Shown here: piece by piece, positions 28,993 through 40,328 of the stretch
Layout: every line of letters starts with the position of its first letter
Position numbering within the stretch: position 1 is the stretch's first letter
NCBI GenBank assembly: GCA_041739675.1
Contig: JBGSNL010000041.1
Span: forward strand, 54 to 64,053
Source of the DNA: a bacterium
Lineage (GTDB): Bacteria; UBA10199; 2-02-FULL-44-16; DYJF01
Length of the DNA stretch: 64,000 nucleotides
Direction: 5' to 3'
Made by a program: the position numbers and the translations under genes
Notes under the pieces: model-generated
Seen by the model: only the letters and a program-made list of their open reading frames with translations
Told to the model about the DNA's origin: nothing
The model's database searches: none

Positions 28993-29907
28993 GTGAACCC
29001 CAGAGAGACTACCCCCTGGATCTCCCGCGAAGTTCTGGAATTTGCATGGGGTGTCATGAAGCAGTGGCTCCCCAAAGAAGCGCTCACGGCAATCGCAAGA
29101 TCGATACAAAAACTCGATTGCGTGCTGAAACCCGGGCCCGTCGACGAGTTCGGCATGGATCCGAATCTTGTTTGGTACTTAAGACCCTTTTTCGAATTTC
29201 TCTATTACCATTATTTCCGCGTCAGCACGGTTGGGGTCTCCAACATCCCAGCTGAAAAACCGGCCATCATCGTTTCCAACCATGCGGGCTCGCTGCCCTA
29301 CGACGGCGTGATGATCAATCTTGCCGTCTTCAACGAGCACAAGAAAAAGCGACCGGTCAGATTTTTGGTCCACGATTTCGCCTTCCGCCTCCCCTTTCTC
29401 GGTTCGTTCATAGAGCGCGCGGGCGGAGTGCGCGCCTCCCCTGAAAACGCCCAGCGCCTTCTGGCTCACAATCAGCTGATTTTGGCATTCCCCGAAGGGA
29501 TCAAAGGCATCGGCAAGCCGTATGATTTGCGCTACAAGCTGCAGAAGTTCGGGCGGGGCGGCTTTGTGAGGCTCGCCATCAGAACACGGACACCGGTTAT
29601 CCCCACGGCAGTGATCGGCTCCGAGGAGATTCATCCCATCGTCTATTCGTCGGACGAACTGGCAAAACCTTTGGGTGTTCCCTTTTTTCCGCTCACACCC
29701 ACGTTCCCGTGGCTGGGCCCGCTGGGCCTCGTGCCTCTTCCCACAAAGTGGAAGATCATTTTCGGAAAACCCATAAGCTTCAACCGCTACAAAAAGGCCG
29801 ACGCCAACAATGATAAACTTGTCTTGAAGCTGGCGGAAGAAGTGCGGAAGAAAATTCAAGCTATGGTGAAGACGGCGCTCGCAAAGAGAAAATCGATCTG
29901 GTTTTAA
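28993..29907 (+). CDS. lysophospholipid acyltransferase (PlsC/LPLAT family)
   Basis: HxxxxD-type motif SNHAGSLPYD and the FPEG motif. Confidence 0.75.
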   Translation: MNPRETTPWISREVLEFAWGVMKQWLPKEALTAIARSIQKLDCVLKPGPVDEFGMDPNLVWYLRPFFEFLYYHYFRVSTVGVSNIPAEKPAIIVSNHAGSLPYDGVMINLAVFNEHKKKRPVRFLVHDFAFRLPFLGSFIERAGGVRASPENAQRLLAHNQLILAFPEGIKGIGKPYDLRYKLQKFGRGGFVRLAIRTRTPVIPTAVIGSEEIHPIVYSSDELAKPLGVPFFPLTPTFPWLGPLGLVPLPTKWKIIFGKPISFNRYKKADANNDKLVLKLAEEVRKKIQAMVKTALAKRKSIWF

Positions 29908-29917
29908 ATCCCGGCAA

Positions 29918-31219
29918 TTATTTATTCAGCAGGATTTCCTTCGTGAGCTTCTTGCCCAGATCCACACCCGGCTGGTCGAAGGGGTTAATACCCGCAAGCG
30001 CGCCGGTGAAGACCGTGTAAATTTCATAGTACATGAAAAGTTCGCCAAGCGTGCGCGGCTCAACTCTGGGAAGCGTTATCGTGACTGTCGGCCTGTGGTT
30101 CGCGACCAGCGCCCGCGTCGAACCCTTTTGCGAGGCGATGATAATTTCATCCAGCGTGTGCCCCTTCAGATATTCAAATGTCTCCACCACCTGTGTTACG
30201 GGAACCGTTTTCTGAAACTCCTCAACGCCTAAAACCGTGATGATCTTGTCGTTGGGCCCGTCGATGAAGAGCTGCATTTGCGAATGCTGATCGGTGGATC
30301 CTACCGCCTTGATGGGCGTTAGGCCCTGGCCGCTTTTTCCCAGACTCTCGGCGACAAGCTGGACGTACCAGTCCGCAAAGAGTGAGAGATGGTCGCAGTA
30401 CGGCATGAGAACGGAAATTCTCTTTCCCTTCCTTGCGTTCAAAAGCTCGTTTATCGCCGCATTCTTGTAAGATGGGTTGGATTCGAGATCAGTGTCGGTT
30501 GAAATCCTTGCCATCGCGCGCGCGCCGTCCAAAATTCCCTCTATGTCTATGCCGAGACAGGCCGCCGGAAAGAGACCCACTGCGGAGAGAACGGAGTAGC
30601 GCCCGCCGAATTTGGAGGGAAGATCAAACGAGGGCAGATCCTCCTCCCTCACCAGTCTTCTTAACGGACCGGCTTCCGGATCGGTCGTGACATAGACATG
30701 CTCTTTCCATTTTCTTCCGAGACGCGCCTTGAGCATAGGAAGCGCCACAAAGAGCTGCGCCATCGTCTCCGTAGTCGTGCCCGATTTCGAGATCACGTTG
30801 AAACATGTCTCTTTGAGATCCACGTATTCAAGAAGATTGCCGAAGGTGTCGGGGTCGATATTGTCGCAGACGAAAAGGCGCGGTGCATTGTTCCTCTTTC
30901 TCCGCTCCATGAGATTTGCGTTAGGGGGAAGAAGCGCGTTCGCGATGCAGCGCAGGCCCAGAGCCGAGCCGCCGATTCCCAGAACGACGAGGTTCTCGAA
31001 TTTCTCCTGAACCTCGCCGGCGGACTTTCTGAATCTTGAGGCAAGGCCCGCTTCGAAAGGATAGTCGATGAAGATCGCGTCCTTCGAGGTGCGCCACCTT
31101 TGAAGCTGATCGTGCGCCGCAATGACGCGGGGCCGGATCGATACAAGTTCGTCGGGCGTCAGCCCGTTTTCCGCGCCCACCGCGTCGGCCATGCAGTTTG
31201 AAAAATCGAAGCGTAGCAT
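29918..31219 (-). CDS. pgi: glucose-6-phosphate isomerase
   Basis: SIS-domain motifs (..VVLGIGGSALG.., ..SKSGTTTET..). Confidence 0.85.
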   Translation of the reverse strand: MLRFDFSNCMADAVGAENGLTPDELVSIRPRVIAAHDQLQRWRTSKDAIFIDYPFEAGLASRFRKSAGEVQEKFENLVVLGIGGSALGLRCIANALLPPNANLMERRKRNNAPRLFVCDNIDPDTFGNLLEYVDLKETCFNVISKSGTTTETMAQLFVALPMLKARLGRKWKEHVYVTTDPEAGPLRRLVREEDLPSFDLPSKFGGRYSVLSAVGLFPAACLGIDIEGILDGARAMARISTDTDLESNPSYKNAAINELLNARKGKRISVLMPYCDHLSLFADWYVQLVAESLGKSGQGLTPIKAVGSTDQHSQMQLFIDGPNDKIITVLGVEEFQKTVPVTQVVETFEYLKGHTLDEIIIASQKGSTRALVANHRPTVTITLPRVEPRTLGELFMYYEIYTVFTGALAGINPFDQPGVDLGKKLTKEILLNK

Positions 31220-31288
31220 AAGACCTCGGATTAAGATTGAGATGTGGTTATGGATTTATGGCGGATATTTGTCAAGATTAGAGGGCGC

Positions 31289-32368
31289 TTAGAAACTTAA
31301 CTCGCCCTTCATCACGACCACGACGCTGGCGTTCGACAAAAACTGGTCGAAGAGATCGTTGCCGGAGGGCTTGTCGGAGAGCGTCGCTTCCAGATGCATC
31401 GTGATCTGGCCCTGGCTCAAGGGTTCTATTGTATCGATCTCGAGACCCGGGACTTCGAAATCTATCATCGAGGCCATGCCGGGCGTGACATCGGCCGCGG
31501 TCGCCTCGCCAAGCACGAAGCGGATGCGGAAGACGACGTCTTTCATCGTAATGCGGCTGCCGTCAAAAGTTCCGGTCGCCGTCTTTCCTACCCCGCCGCT
31601 GATGACAAGCGTTCCGGTAACTCCCTGCGGCATCTGAGGGATCTCGCTGCTTTTGAGGACCATGAGCGCCGCCGGAAAATCGTCCATCCTCATCGTCGCC
31701 TCGCCGCCGCTCAACTGAAACTTTATCGCGCCTGTGAGCGCCAGCTCTCTCGCCCCGTCTGAATAAAGCTGCGGGATGTCGATGGCAAAGCCGCCCGTGT
31801 AGCAGACAACACCGTCTCCCGGTGTGCATTCGCCCGGCTTGCCTCCCGCCTCTATCTCGCCGTTGGGGCCGGCAACCGCCTCTCCCACAAGCTCGATCTG
31901 GATGATGCCGGGTCTCGGATAATCATATGAAGCCTGAAGAATCGCCCTGTGTATTGCGTGGCCGTCGTCTTCCTCAGGAGGGTCATTCGCGTCGTGGGTT
32001 ATGAAGCGGTCGGGCTTGCCGGTCTCCCACCCGCCGTAGTCGGCGTATGGCGTCTCAAGATTCAAAGGCGCGTATGTGACCGTGAACACAACGGCGCCGC
32101 CGGGCGGAACAACGATATCTTTCGTTCCCACCGTCTGCTCGCCCACCTTGACCGAGTCCAGGCGAAAATGGCCGGCCGAGTTGCTTCCCTTGTCAAAACC
32201 TATCGCGCGGACATGCTGCTCGTCCGACGTGTCGTTGTTTGCGACGTATATCTGTTTCTGCGTGCTCATGCTGACGGGGGTAGTCTCAAAGGATTCCACC
32301 TGATAGGCGGAAAACTGGTTGCCGCTGCATGCAGCAAAAAACAGAAGACAGAATACAAAATACTTCAT
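31289..32368 (-). CDS. lipoprotein, hypothetical
   Basis: Signal peptide plus a lipobox-like FFAAC. No recognisable catalytic motif. Confidence 0.5.
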   Translation of the reverse strand: MKYFVFCLLFFAACSGNQFSAYQVESFETTPVSMSTQKQIYVANNDTSDEQHVRAIGFDKGSNSAGHFRLDSVKVGEQTVGTKDIVVPPGGAVVFTVTYAPLNLETPYADYGGWETGKPDRFITHDANDPPEEDDGHAIHRAILQASYDYPRPGIIQIELVGEAVAGPNGEIEAGGKPGECTPGDGVVCYTGGFAIDIPQLYSDGARELALTGAIKFQLSGGEATMRMDDFPAALMVLKSSEIPQMPQGVTGTLVISGGVGKTATGTFDGSRITMKDVVFRIRFVLGEATAADVTPGMASMIDFEVPGLEIDTIEPLSQGQITMHLEATLSDKPSGNDLFDQFLSNASVVVVMKGELSF

Positions 32369-32540
32369 AATTGCATTCTTATTACACAATGGGCGACCCC
32401 TTCAAAAGGTGCGGTGCGTAATCGTTCCAAACACCCACTTATCGCCCGGCTGTCAAAAATGTTGCGTGCAATCTGAGATTCATATAATGAAGGAGACGTT
32501 GGGGCCTTGACCGCTTTAAATTGTGCAGGGAGACAGAAAT

Positions 32541-33023
32541 ATGAAAATCAAAAACACCTTTGTTATCGCCATGTTATTCGCTATTGTCGCGTGTTCGGCG
32601 TGTGGCGGCATGGGCACCGGCGGCGGCACATCGGTCTATCCTGTCAGGTACACGGACGCGAGCGGAGCCGTGATCGCGCCCCAGGCGACAGACGTCCCCG
32701 TCGACACGCTCTTCACGGCCACGTTGTCGGTTCCGCTTGACGGCATCACGTTCGATGGAAATTTCTTCATCGTTGCCGGCACAAAAGATCTCCCGCACGA
32801 CAGCGGCTGGGACGGCGACATCTGCAACAAGGGTAACGCCATTCCTTCCGAGCTTACAAACTGCGACGCCGAACTCTTATACAGCTGCACTCTCACGCCG
32901 ACAGATCCGCTTGCCGGAAACACCGCCTACAGCCTGTGCATAAGCACGGACGCAAAGTACCCCTACAACGGCAGGAGCTATGAGGGTTCCACTCTGAGCT
33001 TTACGACCGCGGCCTCAATCTGA
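32541..33023 (+). CDS. lipoprotein, hypothetical
   Basis: MKIKNTFVIAMLFAIVAC.. lipobox; divergent from the previous lipoprotein gene. Confidence 0.5.
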   Translation: MKIKNTFVIAMLFAIVACSACGGMGTGGGTSVYPVRYTDASGAVIAPQATDVPVDTLFTATLSVPLDGITFDGNFFIVAGTKDLPHDSGWDGDICNKGNAIPSELTNCDAELLYSCTLTPTDPLAGNTAYSLCISTDAKYPYNGRSYEGSTLSFTTAASI

Positions 33024-33962
33024 TTTTTTGAAATGAAGGGCAAATTCGGTGAAGGCGTCGATGCTTGAGCGCGAAGGCGTGAAAAGCTCCCGTTTCATCT
33101 TCGAGTTATCAACGATCCACGGATAGCGCATGAAATAGAGCTGTCCGGGGGGCGACGAGATGAGCCGGCAATTCCACAAAAGCGACGTTACCAAATAGAG
33201 AAGCCAGAAAGGCAGAGCGATTTTCCTTTTGCCCGCGATCCTCGCCAGGTCCGAAAACTTTAGCGTTCCGTCTCCGGCCACGTTGAAAATTCCGCGCACG
33301 TCCTTCTCTATGGATGCGACAAGGCAGTCCGCCATATCGTCTTCGTGTATGAACTGAAAATCGATGTCGCGGATGCCGTCCCGATCGAAGATCTGGGGCA
33401 AGACGGGAAAACCAAGCACCTCGAAAAAGCTGTTGTCGGTGTTGGGACCGACGAAGAGACAAGGGCGAAGTATGGTGAAGGCGCACCCGGCGTGCTCGCC
33501 CATATATTTTTGCGCCATGCGGTCGGTTATCTCTTTCAGGCGCGAGTAACTATAGGAGGCGTTCCCTCTTATGCCCCACGACTCGTCCATGGGCATTTTG
33601 CCGTCCGGATGGGCGCCGTAAGCCGCGGCGCTCGACATGAAAACCACTTTCGGAACTTTGTGGAGGGCGCAATTCTTCAAAAAAAACTCCGTGCCTTTTA
33701 CATCGATCTCTTCTTCTCTCTTTTCATTGTGAAGCGAGTTGACGACAAAGGCCAGATGAACCGCCACGTCGGGTTTGGCCGCCTCGAAGATCTTTTGCAT
33801 CGCGGCTTCGTCGGTGACGGAACCCTTCACGAAACATTTGTAGTCATCCGGATCTTCGGGCATCCTGATATCGATGCCGAAAATATCGTGGCCTTTTTCT
33901 TTGAGGATTGAAACCGCCTTGGAACCCAGGTACCCCGCAGAACCTGTGATGAGAATGCGCAT
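33015..33962 (-). CDS. NAD-dependent epimerase/dehydratase (SDR family)
   Basis: MRILITGSAGYLGS Rossmann motif and a YxxxK (YSYSRLK) motif. Confidence 0.8.
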   Translation of the reverse strand: MRILITGSAGYLGSKAVSILKEKGHDIFGIDIRMPEDPDDYKCFVKGSVTDEAAMQKIFEAAKPDVAVHLAFVVNSLHNEKREEEIDVKGTEFFLKNCALHKVPKVVFMSSAAAYGAHPDGKMPMDESWGIRGNASYSYSRLKEITDRMAQKYMGEHAGCAFTILRPCLFVGPNTDNSFFEVLGFPVLPQIFDRDGIRDIDFQFIHEDDMADCLVASIEKDVRGIFNVAGDGTLKFSDLARIAGKRKIALPFWLLYLVTSLLWNCRLISSPPGQLYFMRYPWIVDNSKMKRELFTPSRSSIDAFTEFALHFKKSD

Positions 33963-33964
33963 AT

Positions 33965-35359
33965 TTACTTTTTTGTGAGTTTCATGATTTCGGGGGCATC
34001 ATCCACATCGACGGGATAGTCCCCCGTGAAACACGCGTCGCAGAACCACTCATTGCCATTTACCTTTTCGAACCAGTAGAGCGCCTCTTTTGAAAGATAG
34101 CCCAGCGAATCCGCCCCGATGTATTTTCTTATCTCTTCAATTGTGTGGGAGCTTGCGATCAGCTCTTCTCTCGTCGGCGTGTCGATGCCGTAAAAGCAGG
34201 GCCATGAAGTCGGCGGAGAGGAGATGCGCATGTGCACCTCTTTCGCTCCCGCATCTTTGAGCATCTTGACGATCTTGAGCGATGTCGTGCCGCGGACGAT
34301 CGAATCGTCGATGCAGACGACCCTCTTCCCCTTCAAAAGTTCGCGGATGGGGTTGAGCTTGACCTTGACGCCGAAATGCCTGATCTCTTTTTTGGGCTCG
34401 ATGAACGTTCTTCCTACGTAATGATTTCTGATGAGCGCCATCTGGAAAGGGATTCCCGATTCCTCGGAATATCCTATCGCCGCGGGGACCCCGGAATCCG
34501 GAACCGGCACCACCATGTCCGCTTCGACCGGATGCTCGCGCGCGAGCTGTCTGCCGAAACCGGTTCTGATCGTGTAGACGTCTCTGCCGAAGATGTTCGA
34601 ATCGGGACGCGCAAAATAAATATATTCAAAAATGCACTGCGCCCTCTTGGTCTCCTTCTCGAAGGGCTTGATGGAACGCATCCCGCACGAATCGAAGATG
34701 AGAATCTCACCGGGCTCCACCTCTCTTATGAACTTGGCGCCTAAGAGATCCAGCGCACATGTCTCGGAGACGACTACGTGGGCCATGCCGCCGCCGTTGA
34801 CCTGCAGTTCGCCCAAGGCAAGCGGACGGATCCCCTTGGGATCCCGGGCGGCGATCATTTTGTCTTCGGAGATGAAGACAAAACAGTACGAACCCTTGAT
34901 CTTTTTGAGAGCGCCTATCAATTTATCTTCAAGCGTGCCTTCACGGCTTTTCGCGACGAGATGCATTACGACTTCAGAATCGACGGAGGCGTTGAAGATG
35001 GAGCCCTCTTTTTCGAGCTCCTTCCTGAGCTTCCTGTAGTTAGTAAGATTGCCGTTGTGCGACACGGCCAGCCATCCACCCGAATAGTTCACAACGAAGG
35101 GGTACGCGTTCTTGAGCGTCGATGCGCCGGACGTGGAATATCTCACGTGGCCTATCGCATTGTGGCCGGGAAGCTTAGCGATCACGTCACGGGTGAAAAT
35201 ATCTGAGATGTGGCCCATCGCGCGGTGCTGATACAACGTTGTGCCGTCAGATGAAACTATACCGCCGCTCTCCTGCCCGCGGTGCTGCTGGGCGTAAAGG
35301 CAGAGGTAGGCCAGGTTCGAAGCTTCAGGATGATTTGCAATTCCCACTATTCCGCACAT
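33965..35359 (-). CDS. purF: amidophosphoribosyltransferase
   Basis: N-terminal MCGIVGI nucleophile plus a PRTase domain. Confidence 0.9.
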   Translation of the reverse strand: MCGIVGIANHPEASNLAYLCLYAQQHRGQESGGIVSSDGTTLYQHRAMGHISDIFTRDVIAKLPGHNAIGHVRYSTSGASTLKNAYPFVVNYSGGWLAVSHNGNLTNYRKLRKELEKEGSIFNASVDSEVVMHLVAKSREGTLEDKLIGALKKIKGSYCFVFISEDKMIAARDPKGIRPLALGELQVNGGGMAHVVVSETCALDLLGAKFIREVEPGEILIFDSCGMRSIKPFEKETKRAQCIFEYIYFARPDSNIFGRDVYTIRTGFGRQLAREHPVEADMVVPVPDSGVPAAIGYSEESGIPFQMALIRNHYVGRTFIEPKKEIRHFGVKVKLNPIRELLKGKRVVCIDDSIVRGTTSLKIVKMLKDAGAKEVHMRISSPPTSWPCFYGIDTPTREELIASSHTIEEIRKYIGADSLGYLSKEALYWFEKVNGNEWFCDACFTGDYPVDVDDAPEIMKLTKK

Positions 35360-35364
35360 TTTAT

Positions 35365-37626
35365 TTACTCTCCCAACATTTTAGGCAACGCACGGCTCCA
35401 CTTCCCGTGGAGGTCCGCGCAATCGACGCACAGTATATTGTTCACGGCGAGCATTCTTCCGCCGACGCGGCCGATCACCTTCGCCGGCGCGCCCTCTTCT
35501 TTCGCGATTGTCAGCATCATGTCGGCGTTTTCAGGTGAGACCGAAATCAATATGCGCGATGCGCTCTCGCCGAAAAGGAGGCAATCCGGGCGCATGTCTT
35601 CTTCAAGAGTGATTGTCGCGCCCAATAGCCCGCCCGGCCTTGTGATGGAACATTCCATCAGCGCCACGGCAAGCCCGCCCTCGGAAACATCATGGGCGGA
35701 TTTGACAAATCCCCGTGAGATTCCGGTGCGGCAGACTTTCTGCACCGCCTTCTCGCGTTTGAAATCAAGTTTGGGCGGCATGCCCACCGTCTTTTTGTGA
35801 ACGACTGAGAGATACTCGCTGCCGCCGATCTCGGCTTCGTTCTTGCCGAGCAGTATGATCACGTCTTTGTCGTCTTTCCACCATGACGTGCAGCGGCGAT
35901 CGACATCATCGATCACGCCCACCATCGCCACGACCGGGGTGGGATAAATAGCGCTCCCCTTCGTTTCGTTGTAAAAGCTCACGTTGCCGGAAACTATGGG
36001 CGTTTGGAATTGTCTGCAGGCCTCCGCCAATCCTTCGACGGCGCGCGCGAATTGCCACATGATCTCCGGTTTTTCCGGATTGCCGAAATTTAAGCAGTCG
36101 GTGACGCCCACGGGTGTGGCGCCGGTGCACGAGAGATTTCTGGCTGCTTCCGCAACGGCCAGCGCCGCGCCCGTCCACGGATCGAGATAACAGAACCGGC
36201 TGTTGCAATCCGACGCAAGCGCCAATCCCTTTTTGATATGCTTTGTCTTCGCCTCTTCTTCGGTCGTGATTTTAGGAATGAACGGCTTGATACGGATCAC
36301 GGCTGCGTCTCCGCCTGGCAGCACCACTGTGTTGGTCATGACCATGTGGTCGTACTGCTCCCAGACCCACCTCTTGCGCGCAAGATTGGGAGAGGTCATG
36401 AGGCGGATGAGCACATCGTTCATATCGCCGGGGATAGGCACGGACTTGAGATCGAGCTTCTGGACCTCGCGCTGCCATGAGGGCTCTTTCGTCGGCCGCT
36501 CGTAGAGCGGGGCATCATGGACGACGGGGCCAACCGGGAGATCGACAACCTTCTTTCCCTGATAATTTATTCTCACGCGCCCATCGTCCGTGACACGGCC
36601 GACGATCGCGCAATCAAGATCCCACTTTTCAAAAATATCCATCACATCTTTTTCGCGCCCTTTTTTCGCGACGAGCAGCATGCGCTCCTGCGACTCGGAG
36701 AGCATGATCTCGTATGGGGTCATCTCAGTTGCGCGTAGCGGAACCTTTTCAAGATCCACTTCCATCCCGCTTCTTGCGCGCGACGCCATTTCGAACGTGG
36801 AACACGTGAGCCCGGCCGCGCCCATGTCCTGAATGCCGACGATCGCGTCGGTGCCCATGAGCTCAAGGCAGGCCTCCATCAAAAGTTTTTCCGTGAAGGG
36901 ATCGCCCACCTGAACAGTTGGGCGTTTCTCCTCTGATGATTCGTCGAATTCGTCGGAGGCCATCGTGGCGCCGTGGATGCCGTCGCGCCCCGTTTTGGAG
37001 CCGACGTAGATCACCGGGTTCCCGATGCCAACCGCTTTGCCAAGGTAGATCCTCTTCGCGTCCATGATTCCTAAAGTGAACGCGTTGACTAGAATGTTTC
37101 CGTTGTAGCATTCGTCGAAAAAGGTTTCGCCGCCAACGGTGGGGATTCCCATCGTGTTGCCGTAGCCGCCTATGCCGCCCACCACACCTTTGACAAGATA
37201 CGGCATCCTCGGCGCGTCGATTGCGCCGAAACGGAGCGAATTCAAATTTGCGATCGGGCGCGCTCCCATCGTGAAGATGTCGCGCATGATGCCGCCAACG
37301 CCTGTTGCCGCCCCCTGATATGGCTCGATGAACGAGGGATGGTTGTGCGATTCCATCTTGAAGGCTATCGCCAGCCCGTCGCCAATGTCTATGATACCGG
37401 CGTTCTCGCCCGGCCCCTGCAACACGTTCGGCCCCTCCGTGGGGAACTCCTTGAAATGGACTCGCGAGCTTTTGTAGGAGCAATGCTCGGACCACATCAC
37501 GGAAAAAATTCCCAGCTCCGTAATGTTTGGCTCACGGCCGATCGCGTCCACGACGCTCTTATATTCCTCCGGCGTGAGACCGTGGTCCTCGACTATCTGC
37601 GGTGTAACTTTTGTATCCTGGTTCAT
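35365..37626 (-). CDS. purL: phosphoribosylformylglycinamidine synthase subunit PurL
   Basis: AIR-synthase-related tandem domains. Its ATG overlaps the purQ stop (ATGA); the longer alternative starts at 37644. Confidence 0.85.
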   Translation of the reverse strand: MNQDTKVTPQIVEDHGLTPEEYKSVVDAIGREPNITELGIFSVMWSEHCSYKSSRVHFKEFPTEGPNVLQGPGENAGIIDIGDGLAIAFKMESHNHPSFIEPYQGAATGVGGIMRDIFTMGARPIANLNSLRFGAIDAPRMPYLVKGVVGGIGGYGNTMGIPTVGGETFFDECYNGNILVNAFTLGIMDAKRIYLGKAVGIGNPVIYVGSKTGRDGIHGATMASDEFDESSEEKRPTVQVGDPFTEKLLMEACLELMGTDAIVGIQDMGAAGLTCSTFEMASRARSGMEVDLEKVPLRATEMTPYEIMLSESQERMLLVAKKGREKDVMDIFEKWDLDCAIVGRVTDDGRVRINYQGKKVVDLPVGPVVHDAPLYERPTKEPSWQREVQKLDLKSVPIPGDMNDVLIRLMTSPNLARKRWVWEQYDHMVMTNTVVLPGGDAAVIRIKPFIPKITTEEEAKTKHIKKGLALASDCNSRFCYLDPWTGAALAVAEAARNLSCTGATPVGVTDCLNFGNPEKPEIMWQFARAVEGLAEACRQFQTPIVSGNVSFYNETKGSAIYPTPVVAMVGVIDDVDRRCTSWWKDDKDVIILLGKNEAEIGGSEYLSVVHKKTVGMPPKLDFKREKAVQKVCRTGISRGFVKSAHDVSEGGLAVALMECSITRPGGLLGATITLEEDMRPDCLLFGESASRILISVSPENADMMLTIAKEEGAPAKVIGRVGGRMLAVNNILCVDCADLHGKWSRALPKMLGE

Positions 37627-38321
37627 TTGTTTTTCGCCCACCATGAAATTATGGATTCAAATATCTTGATTCCTTCTCTGTTGCCCAAAATCGTCTCGGA
37701 GCATCTTTCTGGATGCGGCATCAGGCCGCAAACGTTGCCCTTCTCGTTTGTCACGCCCGCCACGAACTCCATTGAACCGTTGGGGTTGGAATCTTCGCCC
37801 AGATCGCCGCTCTCATCGCAATAGCGGAAGAGGACCTGATTTTGCCCGGTGATCTTGGTGAGCGCTTTCTTCTCCATGAAGAAGTTGCCGTCCATGTGCG
37901 CGATGGGGATTTTCAGCGTCTGTCCCTGGCGGCACTCGGACGTGAAAGGGCTCGCCGTATGCACCACTTTTATGAAAACTTCCTTGCAGATGAACTTGAG
38001 CGATGAGTTCCGCATCAGTGCGCCGGGGAGTAGGCCCGCCTCCTGCAAAATTTGAAACCCGTTGCAGATGCCCAGAACCAGGCCGCCCTTCTCCGCAAAA
38101 TCCTTGATGGAGGTCATCACCGGCGAACGCGCGGCCATGGCGCCGGAGCGGAGATAATCGCCGTATGAGAATCCGCCCGGGAGAACAAGGCAGTCCGCGC
38201 CCTTGAGGTCGGTGTCCTTGTGCCAGATGAAAAAAGCCTCATGGCCCAAAACGTCGCCCAACACGTGGCGGCAATCGTCGTCGCAGTTGCTTCCGGGAAA
38301 TACTATTATTCCAAATTTCAT
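37623..38321 (-). CDS. purQ: phosphoribosylformylglycinamidine synthase subunit PurQ (glutaminase)
   Basis: GATase1 with the LGICNGFQ active-site Cys. Confidence 0.9.
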   Translation of the reverse strand: MKFGIIVFPGSNCDDDCRHVLGDVLGHEAFFIWHKDTDLKGADCLVLPGGFSYGDYLRSGAMAARSPVMTSIKDFAEKGGLVLGICNGFQILQEAGLLPGALMRNSSLKFICKEVFIKVVHTASPFTSECRQGQTLKIPIAHMDGNFFMEKKALTKITGQNQVLFRYCDESGDLGEDSNPNGSMEFVAGVTNEKGNVCGLMPHPERCSETILGNREGIKIFESIISWWAKNK

Positions 38322-38323
38322 AA

Positions 38324-38566
38324 TTATGCCGTTATCTCGAATTTGTAGCTTTCAATGACCGTGTTCGCCAAAAGTTTTTCGCACACTTCCTTCACCGTCG
38401 TTTCCGCATCCGCCTGCGGGACATCGTCAAGCTTGAGTTCGATGTACTTGCCGATGCGCACGCCGTCGATGTGGCGGTAGCCCATCGACCCCAATGTGTG
38501 GCGCACCGCCTCGCCCTGCGGATCATGCACGCCCTTCTTCAACGTCACATAAACTTTTGCCAGCAT
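38324..38566 (-). CDS. purS: phosphoribosylformylglycinamidine synthase subunit PurS
   Basis: 80-aa PurS fold; position in the operon. Confidence 0.8.
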   Translation of the reverse strand: MLAKVYVTLKKGVHDPQGEAVRHTLGSMGYRHIDGVRIGKYIELKLDDVPQADAETTVKEVCEKLLANTVIESYKFEITA

Positions 38567-38574
38567 AGATTCTC

Positions 38575-39867
38575 CTAACGAAAGACTCGTTTGAAAATTT
38601 CGTCCACATGGACGAAATGTCGGTTCATATCGAAAAGTTTATCCAGCTCTTCCTGCTGCAGATGTTTTTTCACCTGCGGATCCTTTGAAATCAGCGATGC
38701 GAAATCCTCGCCTTTTTCCCACGCCTGCATAGCGGCCGATTGAACGATCTTGTACGCATCTTCGCGGCTTAAGCCCGCCTGCGTCAGCGCGAGCAGAACG
38801 TCCTGCGACGCGTAAAGGCCGCGGGAGCGCGCCATATTTTCCTTCATGCGCTCCGGAAAAACGTCAAGACGCTCGATGACTCCTGCAAGGCGCGTCAGCA
38901 TGAAATCGACAAGGATCGTGGAATCGGGCGCGATGACGCGCTCGACGGACGAATGGGAAATATCGCGCTCGTGCCAGAGGGCCACGTTTTCAAATGCGGC
39001 CAAAGCGTTCGCGCGAACGATTCTTGCAAGCCCCGTGATATTTTCGCACAGGATGGGATTTCTTTTGTGAGGCATGGCCGACGAACCTTTTTGCCCCTTG
39101 CCGAAAGGTTCAGCCGCCTCGAAGACCTCCGTGCGCTGAAGATGTCTTATCTCCACCGCCACCTTCTCGATTGAAGATGCGATCCCCGCCAGAACCGCAA
39201 AATAGTGGGCGTGCCGGTCGCGCTGGACGATCTGGTTCGAGACGGGATCGGGCTTCAAGCCCAGATTCTTGCAGACATAGGCTTCGACCGACGGCGGGAT
39301 GTGAGCAAAAGTTCCGACGGCGCCGGAGATCTTGCCGACCGCGATATCATTTATAGCATGACTGAGGCGATCGAGATGTCTTTCAAATTCGCCGTGCCAT
39401 ATCGCGAGCTTGAGGCCGAAAGTGATGGGCTCGGCATGAACGCCGTGGGTGCGCCCGATCATCGGCGTCATCTTATATTTTACCGCCTGCGATTTCAGGA
39501 TGCGGCACATCTCTTTCAAATCTTCCGCGATGATTTTGCCTGCGGCTGCGAGCTGGCAGGCGAATGCGGTATCTAAAAGATCAGACGATGTGAGGCCCTG
39601 ATGGATATATCTTGAATCGGGGCCGACAGCTTCATTGATTGTGGTGAGAAACGCGATGACGTCGTGTTTGACTTCGGCTTCTATCTCGGCCATCCGCTTC
39701 AGATCGAATGCGGCCTTTTTCTTGATCGTATCCAGCGCGTCTTTCGGGATTTTGCCTTCTTTGGCCCAACCCTCGCACGCAAGAAGTTCGATCTTAAGCC
39801 ACAGATCGCACTTATAGTTCTCTTCCCAGATTGATGACATTTCAGGGCGTGAATAACGCGGGATCAT
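38575..39867 (-). CDS. purB: adenylosuccinate lyase
   Basis: 430 aa; fumarase/lyase family signature (..SSAMPHKRNP..). Confidence 0.9.
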   Translation of the reverse strand: MIPRYSRPEMSSIWEENYKCDLWLKIELLACEGWAKEGKIPKDALDTIKKKAAFDLKRMAEIEAEVKHDVIAFLTTINEAVGPDSRYIHQGLTSSDLLDTAFACQLAAAGKIIAEDLKEMCRILKSQAVKYKMTPMIGRTHGVHAEPITFGLKLAIWHGEFERHLDRLSHAINDIAVGKISGAVGTFAHIPPSVEAYVCKNLGLKPDPVSNQIVQRDRHAHYFAVLAGIASSIEKVAVEIRHLQRTEVFEAAEPFGKGQKGSSAMPHKRNPILCENITGLARIVRANALAAFENVALWHERDISHSSVERVIAPDSTILVDFMLTRLAGVIERLDVFPERMKENMARSRGLYASQDVLLALTQAGLSREDAYKIVQSAAMQAWEKGEDFASLISKDPQVKKHLQQEELDKLFDMNRHFVHVDEIFKRVFR

Positions 39868-40053
39868 CTTTGACCTACTCCAAAGAAAACACCAATTGAA
39901 TCAGCCGCGAACGCTGTGTTTCAACTAGCTGATATTATTCGGAAATCACCACCGCTTCGAAAGAGAGCCGGACTATATATGAGAGGGCTTGGATATTCAA
40001 GGGGTATTTTAGGGACAAAAGGTCTCCATGTATCTGCGTCAGAGCATTCTGTT

Positions 40054-40274
40054 CATGTGGCATTGGGCTTCCCTTGCGTGAGGACATGCCCGAAAGACGA
40101 GCCGCCAATCGCCATGCTGGCTGGTATCTCATCGCCGGCTCGCCAATTCACAATACGGAGATGATGCCACTTCTGGATGGGCGCCCGGAAGCTTGGCGAT
40201 TAACCGCCAGCATGAGCGTTGGCGGCGAAGGCGAAGGGCCTAGTCCTCATGCAAGGGAAGCCCCATGACACATG
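40054..40274. mobile_element. MITE-like element with 32-bp terminal inverted repeats (3 mismatches) related to the 4127-4217 hairpin, and nested internal inverted repeats
   Basis: Terminal inverted repeats catgtggcattgggcttcccttgcgtgaggac (40054-40085) and gtcctcatgcaagggaagccccatgacacatgg (40243-40274). An inner inverted repeat pairs ccgccaatcgccatgctggc with gccagcatgagcgttggcgg. It shares cgtcttt.gggcatgtcctcacgcaagg with 4170-4217. Confidence 0.5.
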
Positions 40275-40328
40275 GATAAATAGCGCTTGAATATTGGGCG
40301 GATTTCAATAGAATACCGCGAACCGAAT

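Noticed and set aside
40074-40268. 64-aa ORF lying entirely inside the 221-bp TIR element
   Set aside because: It is bounded by and built from inverted repeats, has no RBS, and is most parsimoniously non-coding.
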